A stretch of 64,000 nt of DNA from NCBI GenBank assembly GCA_039195135.1, contig JBCCVP010000004.1:21909-85908 (forward strand). The letters are read 5' to 3'. This document shows positions 18,016 to 27,723 of the stretch, one piece after another (positions within the stretch are counted from its first letter, which is position 1; every line of letters begins with the position of its first letter). The position numbers and the translations under genes were made by a program. This DNA comes from Pseudomonadota bacterium (GTDB lineage Bacteria; Pseudomonadota; Gammaproteobacteria; Xanthomonadales; SZUA-38). The notes below the pieces were generated by a model that ran no database searches, was not told where the DNA came from, and saw nothing but the letters and a program-made list of their open reading frames with translations.

Positions 18016-19227
18016 ATGAGCCAGCTGAGCGACCTGACCCCCACACCCCATGCAGGCACCGTCGCGGTGCGCACCGGCATTGAGTCGGACGCAGAACACG
18101 GTGCCGTAGTGCCGCCCCTTTATCTGAGCAGCAATTTTGCGTTCCGGGGCTTCGATGACAAACGCACCTACGACTACACCCGCTCCGGCAATCCCACGCG
18201 GGACCTGCTGGCGGAAGCGCTGAGCAAGCTGGAGGGCGGCGCCGGCGCAGTGGTCACCGGTTCCGGCATGTCGGCGGTTTACCTCGTCACGCATCTGCTT
18301 AAGGCGGATGACCTCGTGTTGGCACCCCACGACTGCTACGGCGGCTGCTACCGGCTGTTTGAGAACCTTGAAAAGCAGGGCAAGCTGCAGCTCAGATTCT
18401 GTGACTACTCCGACACCGCCGCGGCCCGGGCCCGCATCCTCGAGGAAAAGCCCCGCCTGGTGTGGCTGGAAACTCCCAGCAACCCGCTGCTGCGCATCAG
18501 CGACGTCCGCGCCCTGGCGGAGGCGGCGCACAGTGTGGACGCGCTGGTGGTGGTGGATAACACCTTCCTATCGCCGGCGCTGCAAAAGCCGATCAGCCTG
18601 GGCGCAGACCTCGTGGTGCATTCCACGACGAAATATCTGAATGGCCATAGCGATGTGGTGGGTGGCGCTGTGGTGGCGGCCACGGACGAGCTGCACGAGC
18701 AGGTAGCCTGGTGGGCGAACTGCATCGGCGTGACCGGGGCACCTTTCGACAGCTTCCTGACGCTGCGCGGCATCCGCACGCTGAAGGTTCGCGTCGCCCA
18801 GCACGAAGCGAATGCCCGGCGCCTGGTGGATGTGCTGGCGGCACACCCGGCGGTGGCCCGCGTTTACTATCCGGGCCTGACCAACCATCCCGGACACGCC
18901 ACGGCCCGACGCCAGCAGAGCGGTTTTGGCGGCATGATCAGCTTTGAGCTGCGCGGTGGGCGCGAGGAAGTGACCACTTTCCTGCGGGAGCTCAGGCTGT
19001 TTTCCCTGGCCGAGTCCCTGGGCGGCGTTGAGTCCCTGGTGGCCCATCCGGCCACCATGACCCATGCGGCCATGAGTGAGGAAGCCCGGGCCGAGGCCGG
19101 CATTGCCGAAACGCTGGTGCGCCTGTCGGTGGGCATCGAGGACGAAGAAGACCTGGTAGAAGACCTGAACGCAGCCCTCGATAGCGCCCAGGAAATCACG
19201 GACCTCCAGACCGCCGCCACGGCGTAA
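18016..19227 (+). CDS. Cys/Met-metabolism PLP-dependent enzyme (cystathionine gamma-synthase / O-succinylhomoserine (thiol)-lyase type)
   Basis: 403 aa with family hallmarks YTRSGNPTR, the PLP-lysine context HSTTKYLNGHSDVVGG, and ESLGGVESL. The MetB versus MetZ/MetC subtype cannot be resolved by eye. Confidence 0.85.
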   Translation: MSQLSDLTPTPHAGTVAVRTGIESDAEHGAVVPPLYLSSNFAFRGFDDKRTYDYTRSGNPTRDLLAEALSKLEGGAGAVVTGSGMSAVYLVTHLLKADDLVLAPHDCYGGCYRLFENLEKQGKLQLRFCDYSDTAAARARILEEKPRLVWLETPSNPLLRISDVRALAEAAHSVDALVVVDNTFLSPALQKPISLGADLVVHSTTKYLNGHSDVVGGAVVAATDELHEQVAWWANCIGVTGAPFDSFLTLRGIRTLKVRVAQHEANARRLVDVLAAHPAVARVYYPGLTNHPGHATARRQQSGFGGMISFELRGGREEVTTFLRELRLFSLAESLGGVESLVAHPATMTHAAMSEEARAEAGIAETLVRLSVGIEDEEDLVEDLNAALDSAQEITDLQTAATA

Positions 19228-19335
19228 CTGGCTACCGAGTCAGGCCCTCGAAAGTGCCGCGAAATGGAACAAGCGAGTCGGCAAAGTTTCCGGCGAGTCT
19301 CGTTTGCCGCCCTGGCGGGTCCGGCGAGGGCGCGC

Positions 19336-21384
19336 CTAGCGGCGATAAACCTCGAGTGGGGGCTGCGAGGACATCCAGCGGATGGCCACGACTTCACCCC
19401 CGGACTCCAGGTGGGCCAGATAGGCCCGAGAAAGCTCTTGGTCATACAAAAGACGCGAAAAGGGTTTGCCCATCGCCGCCATCAACGCTTCAATCTCCGC
19501 CTGACGCTGACGAGCCTCCGCCAGATCAGCCTCGCTTTCCATCCGTTCCAGCAGCAGGATCTCCTTGGCGAGTCCGATCTTCGTATTCACCAGGTGAGAC
19601 CCGGGCAGCTGGAGCGATTTGGCGGCCACCAGGCAGGCTGACCACATCGCTGGATCTTCTGAATCCGCGCACTGGCGGTATAGATGAAAACTGGGGACGG
19701 GCAGGGCAGCTCCCACGGTGAAGGCAAACAGGGTGGGGGCCTGAGGCCAAAGGCCCAGCCGGTCAGCTGGCGGCGGCGGTCCCATATGGCGACCGATTAC
19801 CTGCGCCAGCGCACCAACCACCAGTCCAAAGCCCGTTCTCATCGACTTTGCCTCCCCTGACCGCAGGAGCAGCGCTTTTGCCGCGGCCGCCTGACCGAGC
19901 TCAATTTGCGCGTAAGCGGCCGCCAGATAACCCATGGCGTCTTCTGGCTCGGTACCGATAATGCGATGAGCGACGTCGAGCGTGCACAAGACATCCTGAC
20001 CACACCAGCCTAACGCGATCCTGCTGGCGAGCGGATCAGTCGGGAAACGGACCAGGAGTTCCTCCCGGGGCCGGTCCCAGTCCTCCCGCGGGCCGCTTTC
20101 CGGCCATTTAGCCATATCCTCCAGGATCCGGAGGACAACCTGCGCTTCGGCGCTCGGGTCCTGGCGAACCCGATCCAGGAATGCTGTGGATCGGATGATT
20201 GGATCAAGGACCTCAAGCTGCCGTTCCGCCTCGGCGATTGCCATCTCCTCGGTGACGCAGGCTGGCGCCGTCGCCGGTAGCTTGAGTTTCAGGCAATCCA
20301 CCCGGCTACTGGACGAGGGAGCAAGAACGGGGAGGGATCCGTTGCCGCCGCGTTCGAATTGGTAAGTGCCCCAAACGTCGACTTCGGAATCCAGTTCGCC
20401 GTACTCGACCCAGGCGTCGAGGATGGGTTTGACCCGTCCCTTGTATTCCATCATCGACTGTACGCCCTGAAACTTCTGCTGCCGTAAACGCAGCGCCTGG
20501 CGTTCTAGCTGGAGGGCGGCCAGAGCGTCCACGTCATTCCGCTGGGAGTAAACCCTGGCCTCGAAAAAGAGGGCGAGCTGATTGGCGAGTACGAGGGTGC
20601 CCGGCAGCTTGAGCGCCCTGGCCGCGTTGAGGCAGATTGACAGCAGCGGTTCATCTTTGGCCTGCTGACAGGGCACATTCAGGCTGTTGTGGGGGGCCGT
20701 CAGCAAATGCGCAAGCATCCCGCCCGACAGCTCAAACAGTGCTAGTTCGGCTTGATCCAGCGTATCTTCCAGGGGGCCGCCGGCTTCCTCGAACACCTCA
20801 TACAGCGCGCGGACGATGGCCCACAATCCCAGATGAAGCCTGGGCCGCTCTGCTGCCGCACTCATCCATTGGGCGGCCGTTTCAAGATGCCCCTGGCGTC
20901 GTGCCAGATCACCGAGGAACAGGTACCCGACGGCATTGTCTGGGTGATACGAAACCAGCGCCTCGCCGTGGCGGTGGGTGCAGTCAGCAGGAGTTTCCAA
21001 CTGGCTTTGCTGGCAATGCACCAGCATCAACACCCGGGGCGCCAGTTCCTGGGGCGCGAGGGCAATCGCCGCGTTGAGCTGCGATTCGAAGACGTAGGCG
21101 CCGGGCCCCTGGGCCGATCCGGAGGCGGGACCGTCGGGATAACGCATCAACATCGCGTAGGCGACCTGGTGCTTCCACGTGGACTGGGGCCTCAGATATT
21201 CCCTGAACTCGGGCGAAAAGATCTGCGCTTGCCACGCGTCCGACAGGCGCGCCTGTTCGGCTCTTAGATCCCCCTCGGAAACGGTTACGCCGACCGATTC
21301 GAGATAAATCTCGCGACGCACCGTGACCGCGTCGGCAATGCCGGCGCTGGGAAAGGCTGATACCAGAAGCAGGGTCGTAAACAT
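19336..21384 (-). CDS. Secreted protein of unknown function with an internal ~300-aa duplication
   Basis: The ATG at 21384 gives signal peptide MFTTLLLVSAFPSAGIADA. The two halves share motifs (P[DE][ND]A[VM]GYL; C..A[AR][AK][AS]L[KQ]LPG) and conserved Cys positions. I recognise no family. Confidence 0.6.
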   Translation of the reverse strand: MFTTLLLVSAFPSAGIADAVTVRREIYLESVGVTVSEGDLRAEQARLSDAWQAQIFSPEFREYLRPQSTWKHQVAYAMLMRYPDGPASGSAQGPGAYVFESQLNAAIALAPQELAPRVLMLVHCQQSQLETPADCTHRHGEALVSYHPDNAVGYLFLGDLARRQGHLETAAQWMSAAAERPRLHLGLWAIVRALYEVFEEAGGPLEDTLDQAELALFELSGGMLAHLLTAPHNSLNVPCQQAKDEPLLSICLNAARALKLPGTLVLANQLALFFEARVYSQRNDVDALAALQLERQALRLRQQKFQGVQSMMEYKGRVKPILDAWVEYGELDSEVDVWGTYQFERGGNGSLPVLAPSSSSRVDCLKLKLPATAPACVTEEMAIAEAERQLEVLDPIIRSTAFLDRVRQDPSAEAQVVLRILEDMAKWPESGPREDWDRPREELLVRFPTDPLASRIALGWCGQDVLCTLDVAHRIIGTEPEDAMGYLAAAYAQIELGQAAAAKALLLRSGEAKSMRTGFGLVVGALAQVIGRHMGPPPPADRLGLWPQAPTLFAFTVGAALPVPSFHLYRQCADSEDPAMWSACLVAAKSLQLPGSHLVNTKIGLAKEILLLERMESEADLAEARQRQAEIEALMAAMGKPFSRLLYDQELSRAYLAHLESGGEVVAIRWMSSQPPLEVYRR

Positions 21385-21474
21385 CGGGATTTTATACCCG
21401 GCAGGTTCGCCCCGGACCAGTGTCAAAAGTCGGTCAGGCCAACCAAGGGCCTGACTCGACCAGTGTCCTAATGC

Positions 21475-22740
21475 CTAAATGATGGAGAGCGGCGAGTAGT
21501 TGTAGCCCGGAAAAACCGAGTTGACGATGCCTGGCCCGTTGCCCAGGACCACGTCCATCACCGTGCTGTTGACCTGGCGAAAATCCGTGCTGGGTACCAC
21601 GCCGTCACCGTCCCGGTCCTGGGTGGCCAGCTGGGGTGGGGTGCCGTAGACACCGCCGGCGATGCGTCCGCCGATCACCGTCATCGGATTGCCATACCCG
21701 TGGTCGGTGCCCCGGTTGCCGTTTTCGCTTACCTGCCGACCAAATTCGCTTTGGATCACAATGCAGACGTCATCGGCGTTTTTGTTCGGGTCCGCGGCGA
21801 TATCTTGGTAAAACGCCGCGACCGCATCCGACAGGCGGGAAATGCGCTGACCGAAGCCGGTGTTGGCATTCAGCGGCTGCTGGTTGTTGTGCGTGTCCCA
21901 GCCGCCCAGGTCCACCGTCGCGGCGGCGATACCCAGATCGAGCTTCCACAGCTGCGCCACCAGCGCGAGGCTTTCGGCAAAATTCTCGTCCGGATAGGTC
22001 ACACCGCCGGCCGGCGTATAGCCATCCAGATCCAGCGAATTGATCAGCTGCACCGCGTCGACGGCAGACTGGGCCGCCAGGTCGAGAGACCCCCCGCCGC
22101 TGTACAGTTCGGCGAGCCCGAGCAGATGCGTCTCCTCGTAAATGCCGGTGTTGGGGCTGAAGCCGCCGGCGGAATCCAACGTGGCAATATCCGGGTAGCC
22201 AGCCATACTGACCGGCGGCGTCGAGTCCGCCGCCAGCGCGGTGAACACCGCGTCGTTGCTGTGCGGAATGCCCTGCAGGTAGCGCCCCATAAATCCGCCG
22301 ACGGAAGCGTTCAGGCTACCCGGCGTGCCCAGCTCAATCTCCTCCTGCGCATCAAAATGGCTTCGGGTCAGCGCGTCCAGCGGATGACCGACGGCGTGGA
22401 TGAAGGCGGTGTTGCTCCGGATCGAGTGAAGGCCGGCGCAAAGCCGATTGAGGCCAAAGCCGGCCCCGCCGGGCAGATCGGCCAGGCTCAGCGTATCGGC
22501 CGGGGGGATGAAAATGTCGTCCCGGTCCTGCGCGTAGGCGGCCTGGGCCGCACCGCTGGTGGGCACCATGTAGCTGAGCCCGTCCATGCCGCCGCGCAGA
22601 AAAATGTACACCAGCAGCTTCGTGGGGGATGTGCCGGCGGTGCCGGCCTGAATGCGCTGGGTTAGACCCAGGCCGACGGTCGTGGCCGTGCCCGCGCCGA
22701 CGCCGGCAAGAAAACGGCGTCGATTGATGCTCGTCGTCAT
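21475..22740 (-). CDS. DUF1501 family protein (sulfatase/alkaline-phosphatase-like), Tat signal
   Basis: Twin-arginine leader is MTTSINRRRFLAGVGAG. The C-terminal motif SEFGRQVSENGNRGTDHGYG is typical of DUF1501. Confidence 0.85.
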   Translation of the reverse strand: MTTSINRRRFLAGVGAGTATTVGLGLTQRIQAGTAGTSPTKLLVYIFLRGGMDGLSYMVPTSGAAQAAYAQDRDDIFIPPADTLSLADLPGGAGFGLNRLCAGLHSIRSNTAFIHAVGHPLDALTRSHFDAQEEIELGTPGSLNASVGGFMGRYLQGIPHSNDAVFTALAADSTPPVSMAGYPDIATLDSAGGFSPNTGIYEETHLLGLAELYSGGGSLDLAAQSAVDAVQLINSLDLDGYTPAGGVTYPDENFAESLALVAQLWKLDLGIAAATVDLGGWDTHNNQQPLNANTGFGQRISRLSDAVAAFYQDIAADPNKNADDVCIVIQSEFGRQVSENGNRGTDHGYGNPMTVIGGRIAGGVYGTPPQLATQDRDGDGVVPSTDFRQVNSTVMDVVLGNGPGIVNSVFPGYNYSPLSII

Positions 22741-22753
22741 TGTGTTTCTCCTG

Positions 22754-24739
22754 TCAGCGCTGAATGAACTGGGGGGACCAGAGAATCAGCTTCACCAGTC
22801 CCGTAAGGCGCGAACGCCAGTCCCGGGTGGAAGCGTCCCGCTCCAGCTCGTCCCGGGGAATGGGGTCGTCCGCTCCCCACAAATCAGCGTTTGCCTGATT
22901 ACCGGGATAGTCCTGGGTCATAAACTGCAGGCAGACCCGACCGATCCTGGTGGGTGCGCTGGCGTAGCCGCCGCTGCCGGTCCAGCTGCTGGCGGGGGTG
23001 AAGCCCAGAGCCCAGTTGCACCAGAACTCCACCAGCTGCCGCGGCGTCGGATCTCCGCTCAGGCTTGCCAGCGTGATGTCGATGGCCCGCATGACCCGGG
23101 TCTCCTGGTTCGACACGTTGCGGTCCAGCAGCCAATCGATTGTGCGCCAGCTCTGTACCAGCGTTGTGGAGCCTTCCCAGTGGGTGCGGTTATCGGGGTA
23201 CCCGTCAGGAGTGCGCCAGGCAAACAGCTGCTGCCCGGCACCGTCATAGAGGCGCTCAAAGCTGTTGCTGTTGCCGTCGTTCGTGCGCCAGGTGTAGTCG
23301 CACCCGGCGGCGCGCATGGCCGATACGATGTATTCAAATGGCCGCCGCATCTTCTCGCCCCAGTAGCTGGGGCTTTTGAACTCATCTGAAAGCAGAATGA
23401 CCCGCAGCGTCCGGGCAATCTGGTCCGGGCTCTTGCGGTGGGCCAGAAAGGTCGCCGCCGCGCTGTCCACCAGCGACTGTGGCGGTTCGTCCGCCACCAG
23501 GCGCTGACACAGCTTGCGGGCAACATGCTGGGCGGTAGCCGGGTGATAAGCGGCGAGTTTGACGATCAGTCGGCCTTCGGTTTCGGCGGGAAGGCCGGAG
23601 GGAATCGCCGACACGCCGAGCGTCAGCACCGCTTTCGTCGAGTCTTTGTTGTGCTCGTCTTCCTGTGCAAAAAACAGCCCGGTACCGCAGCTCGTGTCGG
23701 TATTTTCGTCGCCGTAGCGCCAGCCGGTCATGGACTGGGCTGCCGTGAGGACGTCGTCGTCGGTGTAGACCGCGGCGATATCAAGATTGGGGTCGGCCAG
23801 GTATCCGAGGTTGATGTCGTTCAGTTCCGGGTCATTGAGTGCCGTATAGGGGTTGCTGCCGAGGGACTCGACGAACCTCGGATTGGCGTTCCCGTCGTAG
23901 GCGCCGGAGCCGAGACAGTGCAGCTCAAAAAGCTCCCGGCAGTAGTTTTCGTTAATCGCACCGCCGCGGCCGTTCACGTAGTTGTCCAGGTAGCGAAGCA
24001 TGGCAGCGTGTTTGGCCGACGCGTACATCATCTCGTAGAAGTTGCCGAAGACGTTGGCCCGCATCACGTCCCGATCCCAGGACACCATGGACACATACAG
24101 GTCGGCGTTGAGGCGGCCAAACACGTTGAGGTGGTTGTGCCAGAAATCCACCATCAGCTCCCGCAGCTGCCAGCGGCTGTAGCAGGCCGCAGTAAAGGTG
24201 TAGCGCTCAAGCTGATTGAACGGCCGCGTGTACTCGCTGAAGCCGTTACATTCGTAGGTGGAAAACAGCTGCGTCTGGCTTTGCCCGAGCAGGTTGAACT
24301 CCGACGCGTGGGCCGCAATGCGGGCGTCGAGCTCCGGATCCTCGGACGTGGGCGCCAGCTGTTCCTCGACGTAAGCCGCCAGTCGCTGATCGTCGGTGCT
24401 GCCAAGGGACTGAAAATAAGCCAGATCCCCGGTCTGGGCGAAGTTGGTAGTCAGGGACTCAAAGCCATTGGCCAGAATCACATCCGGATTGCCGGCGCTG
24501 CCGCCGGTGATACCGCGGCTAACGCCAAAGCCCATCTTGCTGAGCACGCGCACCGCAAAGGGCGGTGTGAGGGTGCCGTCCGATCCTCCCTTGGGGCTTG
24601 CGACCCCGCGCCGATCGGCCCCGGGTTTGCGTTCAGCGGTTGATCCCTGAGCGGGAACACTGGCCAGGCCTGCGAGCGATCCTGCTCCGGCGGCCTTGAG
24701 AAAGTGGCGACGTCCTGTCTGATGGAAGGGGGTCCGCAT
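22754..24739 (-). CDS. DUF1800 family protein, Tat-like signal
   Basis: Leader is GRRHFLKAAGAGSLAGLA. The DFWHNHLNVF motif is characteristic of DUF1800. Lies 13 bp upstream of the DUF1501 gene, the usual pairing. Confidence 0.85.
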   Translation of the reverse strand: MRTPFHQTGRRHFLKAAGAGSLAGLASVPAQGSTAERKPGADRRGVASPKGGSDGTLTPPFAVRVLSKMGFGVSRGITGGSAGNPDVILANGFESLTTNFAQTGDLAYFQSLGSTDDQRLAAYVEEQLAPTSEDPELDARIAAHASEFNLLGQSQTQLFSTYECNGFSEYTRPFNQLERYTFTAACYSRWQLRELMVDFWHNHLNVFGRLNADLYVSMVSWDRDVMRANVFGNFYEMMYASAKHAAMLRYLDNYVNGRGGAINENYCRELFELHCLGSGAYDGNANPRFVESLGSNPYTALNDPELNDINLGYLADPNLDIAAVYTDDDVLTAAQSMTGWRYGDENTDTSCGTGLFFAQEDEHNKDSTKAVLTLGVSAIPSGLPAETEGRLIVKLAAYHPATAQHVARKLCQRLVADEPPQSLVDSAAATFLAHRKSPDQIARTLRVILLSDEFKSPSYWGEKMRRPFEYIVSAMRAAGCDYTWRTNDGNSNSFERLYDGAGQQLFAWRTPDGYPDNRTHWEGSTTLVQSWRTIDWLLDRNVSNQETRVMRAIDITLASLSGDPTPRQLVEFWCNWALGFTPASSWTGSGGYASAPTRIGRVCLQFMTQDYPGNQANADLWGADDPIPRDELERDASTRDWRSRLTGLVKLILWSPQFIQR

Positions 24740-24872
24740 GCCATGCCTCTCCGATTCAAAGCTTCCCCAAACTAGGTCGCCGGCGAGACGGATATTGTGA
24801 TGAACGTCAGATTTTTTGCGGTTGCGAAGAATTGCCTGCGCAATGTTCGACAGACGAAAAAAGGTCGAACCG

Positions 24873-26165
24873 TCAGGTTGCCGGTTTTTTCAGCCGTGTA
24901 CTGATCTCCGATTTGGCTTCGGCGAGTATCGACTGGCGATCCAGCGAACCCACGATGTCCCGCACCGTCTGCTTCGGCCCGTTGCTGCCCCAGGATTTGC
25001 CGTTGATCAGGTAAGCCTCGGCGGCTCGACCGACAAGGTAGGTGGCGTAGTAGGCAAGGGCGCCCTGGGCAACGCCGGTGACAGCGACGGAAAAACCCGC
25101 GCTCAGCGTCTTGAGGGCCGAGGACACCAGGTGTACGCCCCACACGGCCCCCATCAGAGCGGCAAGCTGCGCGGCGATGGTGGCCAGCACTCGCCCGCTT
25201 TCCCGCCGCGTCATCGGCAGGCCGTAAACCCGCGACAGCTGAGCGACGAGCGCGACGTCCAAAGCCGCCGCCGCCAGCAGGTCTGCGACCGGCACCGGGT
25301 TAAGGGCGACGGCAACCCCTTTGGTAAGGCTGTAGGTGCGCAGCACCTTTTCCGCAATCTGCCGCCGGGCCTTCACGAGCCGCGTGGACACCTGGTCGGT
25401 CAGGCGTCCGGCAAACAAAGCTGCGTTCAGCGCCGCCAGGGTTTTGCCCTCCGCTTCCAGCACCTCCCAGATGCGCTCCTTCAGCGCCTGCACGTCGGGC
25501 TCCCGAGCCCGCTGCTCTTCCCGCTCCGAGCCGTCCGCGTTCTGCACGATCACGGTCTGGGGCCGGGGACTGGCGGCCACCGGCAGGATGTTGCCCGGCT
25601 GTACCAGACCTTCGCACTGAGCCCTAAGCGCCGCCAGCAGCTGCGCCGTTTCTGCCGCGGTGTAGCGGTCCGTTTTGTTCAGTACGGCAAGGATCGGGCG
25701 GTGCGCAGCGGCCACGATGCGCATGGCCCGGATCTCCGCCTGGGAGATATCACCGTCCAGAACGAACACCACCAGATCAGCCCGCTCCGCCACCTCAAAC
25801 GCCAGCTTCTCCCGCGCCTCCCCGTCGAGCTCGTTGATGCCGGGCGTGTCAATAAGATGTACGCCGCCGCTGCGGGCGTCGTGCCAGCGGGTGGTCTGGG
25901 GCTGGCGGGTTTCGCCGTGGAGCGGACTGACGGAAAACAGCGCCTCCCCGACCAGGGCGTTCAGCAACGAAGACTTGCCGGCGCTGACTTTGCCAAATAC
26001 GGCCAGGTGGATTTCGCCCCGGTCCAGCTTCTCGGTCATCGCCTCAACCTGGGCGTAGTCGGCTTCCAGCTCTGCCCGAATCTCCTCAGGGATGCTGCGA
26101 TCGTTCAGCAGGTCCCGCAGGTTCTCGGCCGCTTTGAGCAGATGCTGATCAGCGGGCTTATCCAT
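24873..26165 (-). CDS. GTPase with C-terminal DUF697-like membrane-associating region (paralogue B)
   Basis: The ATG at 26165 overlaps the upstream gene's stop by 8 bp. G1 is GKVSAGKSSLLNAL, G3 is DTPG, G4 is NKTD. The hydrophobic C-terminal region is GVAVALNPVPVADLL...GFSVAVTGVAQGALAYYATYLVG. Confidence 0.8.
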   Translation of the reverse strand: MDKPADQHLLKAAENLRDLLNDRSIPEEIRAELEADYAQVEAMTEKLDRGEIHLAVFGKVSAGKSSLLNALVGEALFSVSPLHGETRQPQTTRWHDARSGGVHLIDTPGINELDGEAREKLAFEVAERADLVVFVLDGDISQAEIRAMRIVAAAHRPILAVLNKTDRYTAAETAQLLAALRAQCEGLVQPGNILPVAASPRPQTVIVQNADGSEREEQRAREPDVQALKERIWEVLEAEGKTLAALNAALFAGRLTDQVSTRLVKARRQIAEKVLRTYSLTKGVAVALNPVPVADLLAAAALDVALVAQLSRVYGLPMTRRESGRVLATIAAQLAALMGAVWGVHLVSSALKTLSAGFSVAVTGVAQGALAYYATYLVGRAAEAYLINGKSWGSNGPKQTVRDIVGSLDRQSILAEAKSEISTRLKKPAT

Positions 26166-27624
26166 CGCTTCCTCCGCCGCGCCGCAGCTGCCGAAGGGCG
26201 AGTTTGGCATAGTCCACCACGCGCTCCTCCGCCGCCTCATCCAGGCTTTTACCAAACTGCTCCGCCGCAAATACCGGGTCCAGCGCCCGCTGCTCCTCCA
26301 GCGACGCGCAGACCGAGCGTCCCAGGCTGTCGAAAATCATGCCGTAGGCGGCGGCGTGGATGACGCCGCCGGTGAGGGTACCGATGCCCGGAAAAGCCTT
26401 AAACGCATTGCCGGTAACGGCAAGCACCAAAGCGGTGGTCTTTTTGAGCCGGTCGCCGGCGAGGGACAGAAAACGGTCGATCTCAATCTCCTTGACCGGC
26501 ACTTCGTACAGGGTGCCCAGTTCGCGCAGAAAACGGGTGGCCAGCGCCGCCTGGATAATGAGGTCGGAGCCCGGCGTGATGGCCGCCAGCGCCCCGATCA
26601 CCGCCCGCCGCGCGTACTTTTCCGTAATGGCTTCACCCTCCGCCTGGCGATGGGAGGTCTCCGCCTGTTCGAGCTTTTCGCTGGCCAGCTGCACGCTGGC
26701 CCGCTCCCGGTCCGCGTCGAGGCTTTGCCGGCCCAGCAGCTGATCAATCGCCTGCCACAGGGGCTCCACGTCCGCCGGCCGCTCGCGGGTGGTCGTCTGT
26801 TCCACATCGGCGCGCTGTACCAGTACCTGCTCCTGGTGGCCGGCGGAGACCGCCACCACGGCGATGGCCCGGTCATCCAGACGCTGACCGAGCGAGTCGG
26901 TCAGCTGTGCAAGCTCCTCGGCGCTGTAGCGATCGGCCTTATTCAGCGCCACCACCAGAGGTTTTTGAAAGGTCTGCAGCCGCTCCAGCGCCCGGGCGTC
27001 ATCCCGATCGAGGTCGCCGTCGGCCACGTAGACGACCACGTGGGCCCGGGTGGCTTCGTCGGCCGCCGCCGGCTCAAGGTCCGCGGTGGCTTCGTGGCCC
27101 AGGCCGGGCAGGTCGGCAAGCTGCACGATCCGGCCGCGCCGCTCGCCGCGAAAATGAGCGATCCGAGTGGTGGTGCCGCCGCGCACGTCGCTGGTCGACT
27201 GCTGTTCTGGCAGCAGCGCGGAGATCAGCGCGCTTTTGCCGGCGGAAGCGCCGCCGAACAGGGCAATAAACTGCTCGCCCGACTCGGATCGCCGGTCAAG
27301 CTCCTTCAATTCCCGCTCTGCCTGGCCCACCGCCGCGCCCTTTCCCCGGGCATGCTCGATGCGGTCCCGCAGCGACTCCGGATCCACCACCGGCGGCGCC
27401 CGGCGCTGTTCCCGCGGCGGACCCCGCAGCAGCCGCAGCCCCAGCCAGGTGCTCGCCGCGGCAAAAGCCAGCGCAAGGCCGCCGAAGACCGGCGGCGCCC
27501 AGGGTCCGATCGCCCGCAGGCGCTCGAGCACCGACAGCAGCAGGTCGGCAGAGAGCAGAAGTGCCACCAGACTTAAAGCGGCAAACAGGGCGACGAGAAT
27601 GGCGCCCAGCGTTCGAACGGTCAT
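26158..27624 (-). CDS. Membrane-anchored GTPase with DUF697-like C-terminal region (paralogue A)
   Basis: Has two N-terminal TM helices. G1 is GGASAGKSALISAL, G3 is DLPG, G4 is NKAD. The C-terminal region is AVIGALAAITPGSDL...AFPGIGTLTGGVIHAAAYGMI. Confidence 0.8.
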   Translation of the reverse strand: MTVRTLGAILVALFAALSLVALLLSADLLLSVLERLRAIGPWAPPVFGGLALAFAAASTWLGLRLLRGPPREQRRAPPVVDPESLRDRIEHARGKGAAVGQAERELKELDRRSESGEQFIALFGGASAGKSALISALLPEQQSTSDVRGGTTTRIAHFRGERRGRIVQLADLPGLGHEATADLEPAAADEATRAHVVVYVADGDLDRDDARALERLQTFQKPLVVALNKADRYSAEELAQLTDSLGQRLDDRAIAVVAVSAGHQEQVLVQRADVEQTTTRERPADVEPLWQAIDQLLGRQSLDADRERASVQLASEKLEQAETSHRQAEGEAITEKYARRAVIGALAAITPGSDLIIQAALATRFLRELGTLYEVPVKEIEIDRFLSLAGDRLKKTTALVLAVTGNAFKAFPGIGTLTGGVIHAAAYGMIFDSLGRSVCASLEEQRALDPVFAAEQFGKSLDEAAEERVVDYAKLALRQLRRGGGSDG

Positions 27625-27723
27625 CAGCAGATTATCGCACGGTGGCCCGGGCGGGCAGGGTGGAGATGGTTGGGTTCGGCGCGACGGGTGCCCTGGTGCT
27701 TCAGGGCAGGGCCGCAGATCTGC

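Noticed and set aside
24740-24872. Terminator after the second GTPase gene / promoter of the DUF1800 gene.
   Set aside because: Several short hairpins (TTCGAC...GTCGAA, ATTGC-gcag-GCAAT) and A/T runs are present. None combines a GC-rich stem with a proper U-tract on the minus strand, so operon boundaries here remain unresolved.
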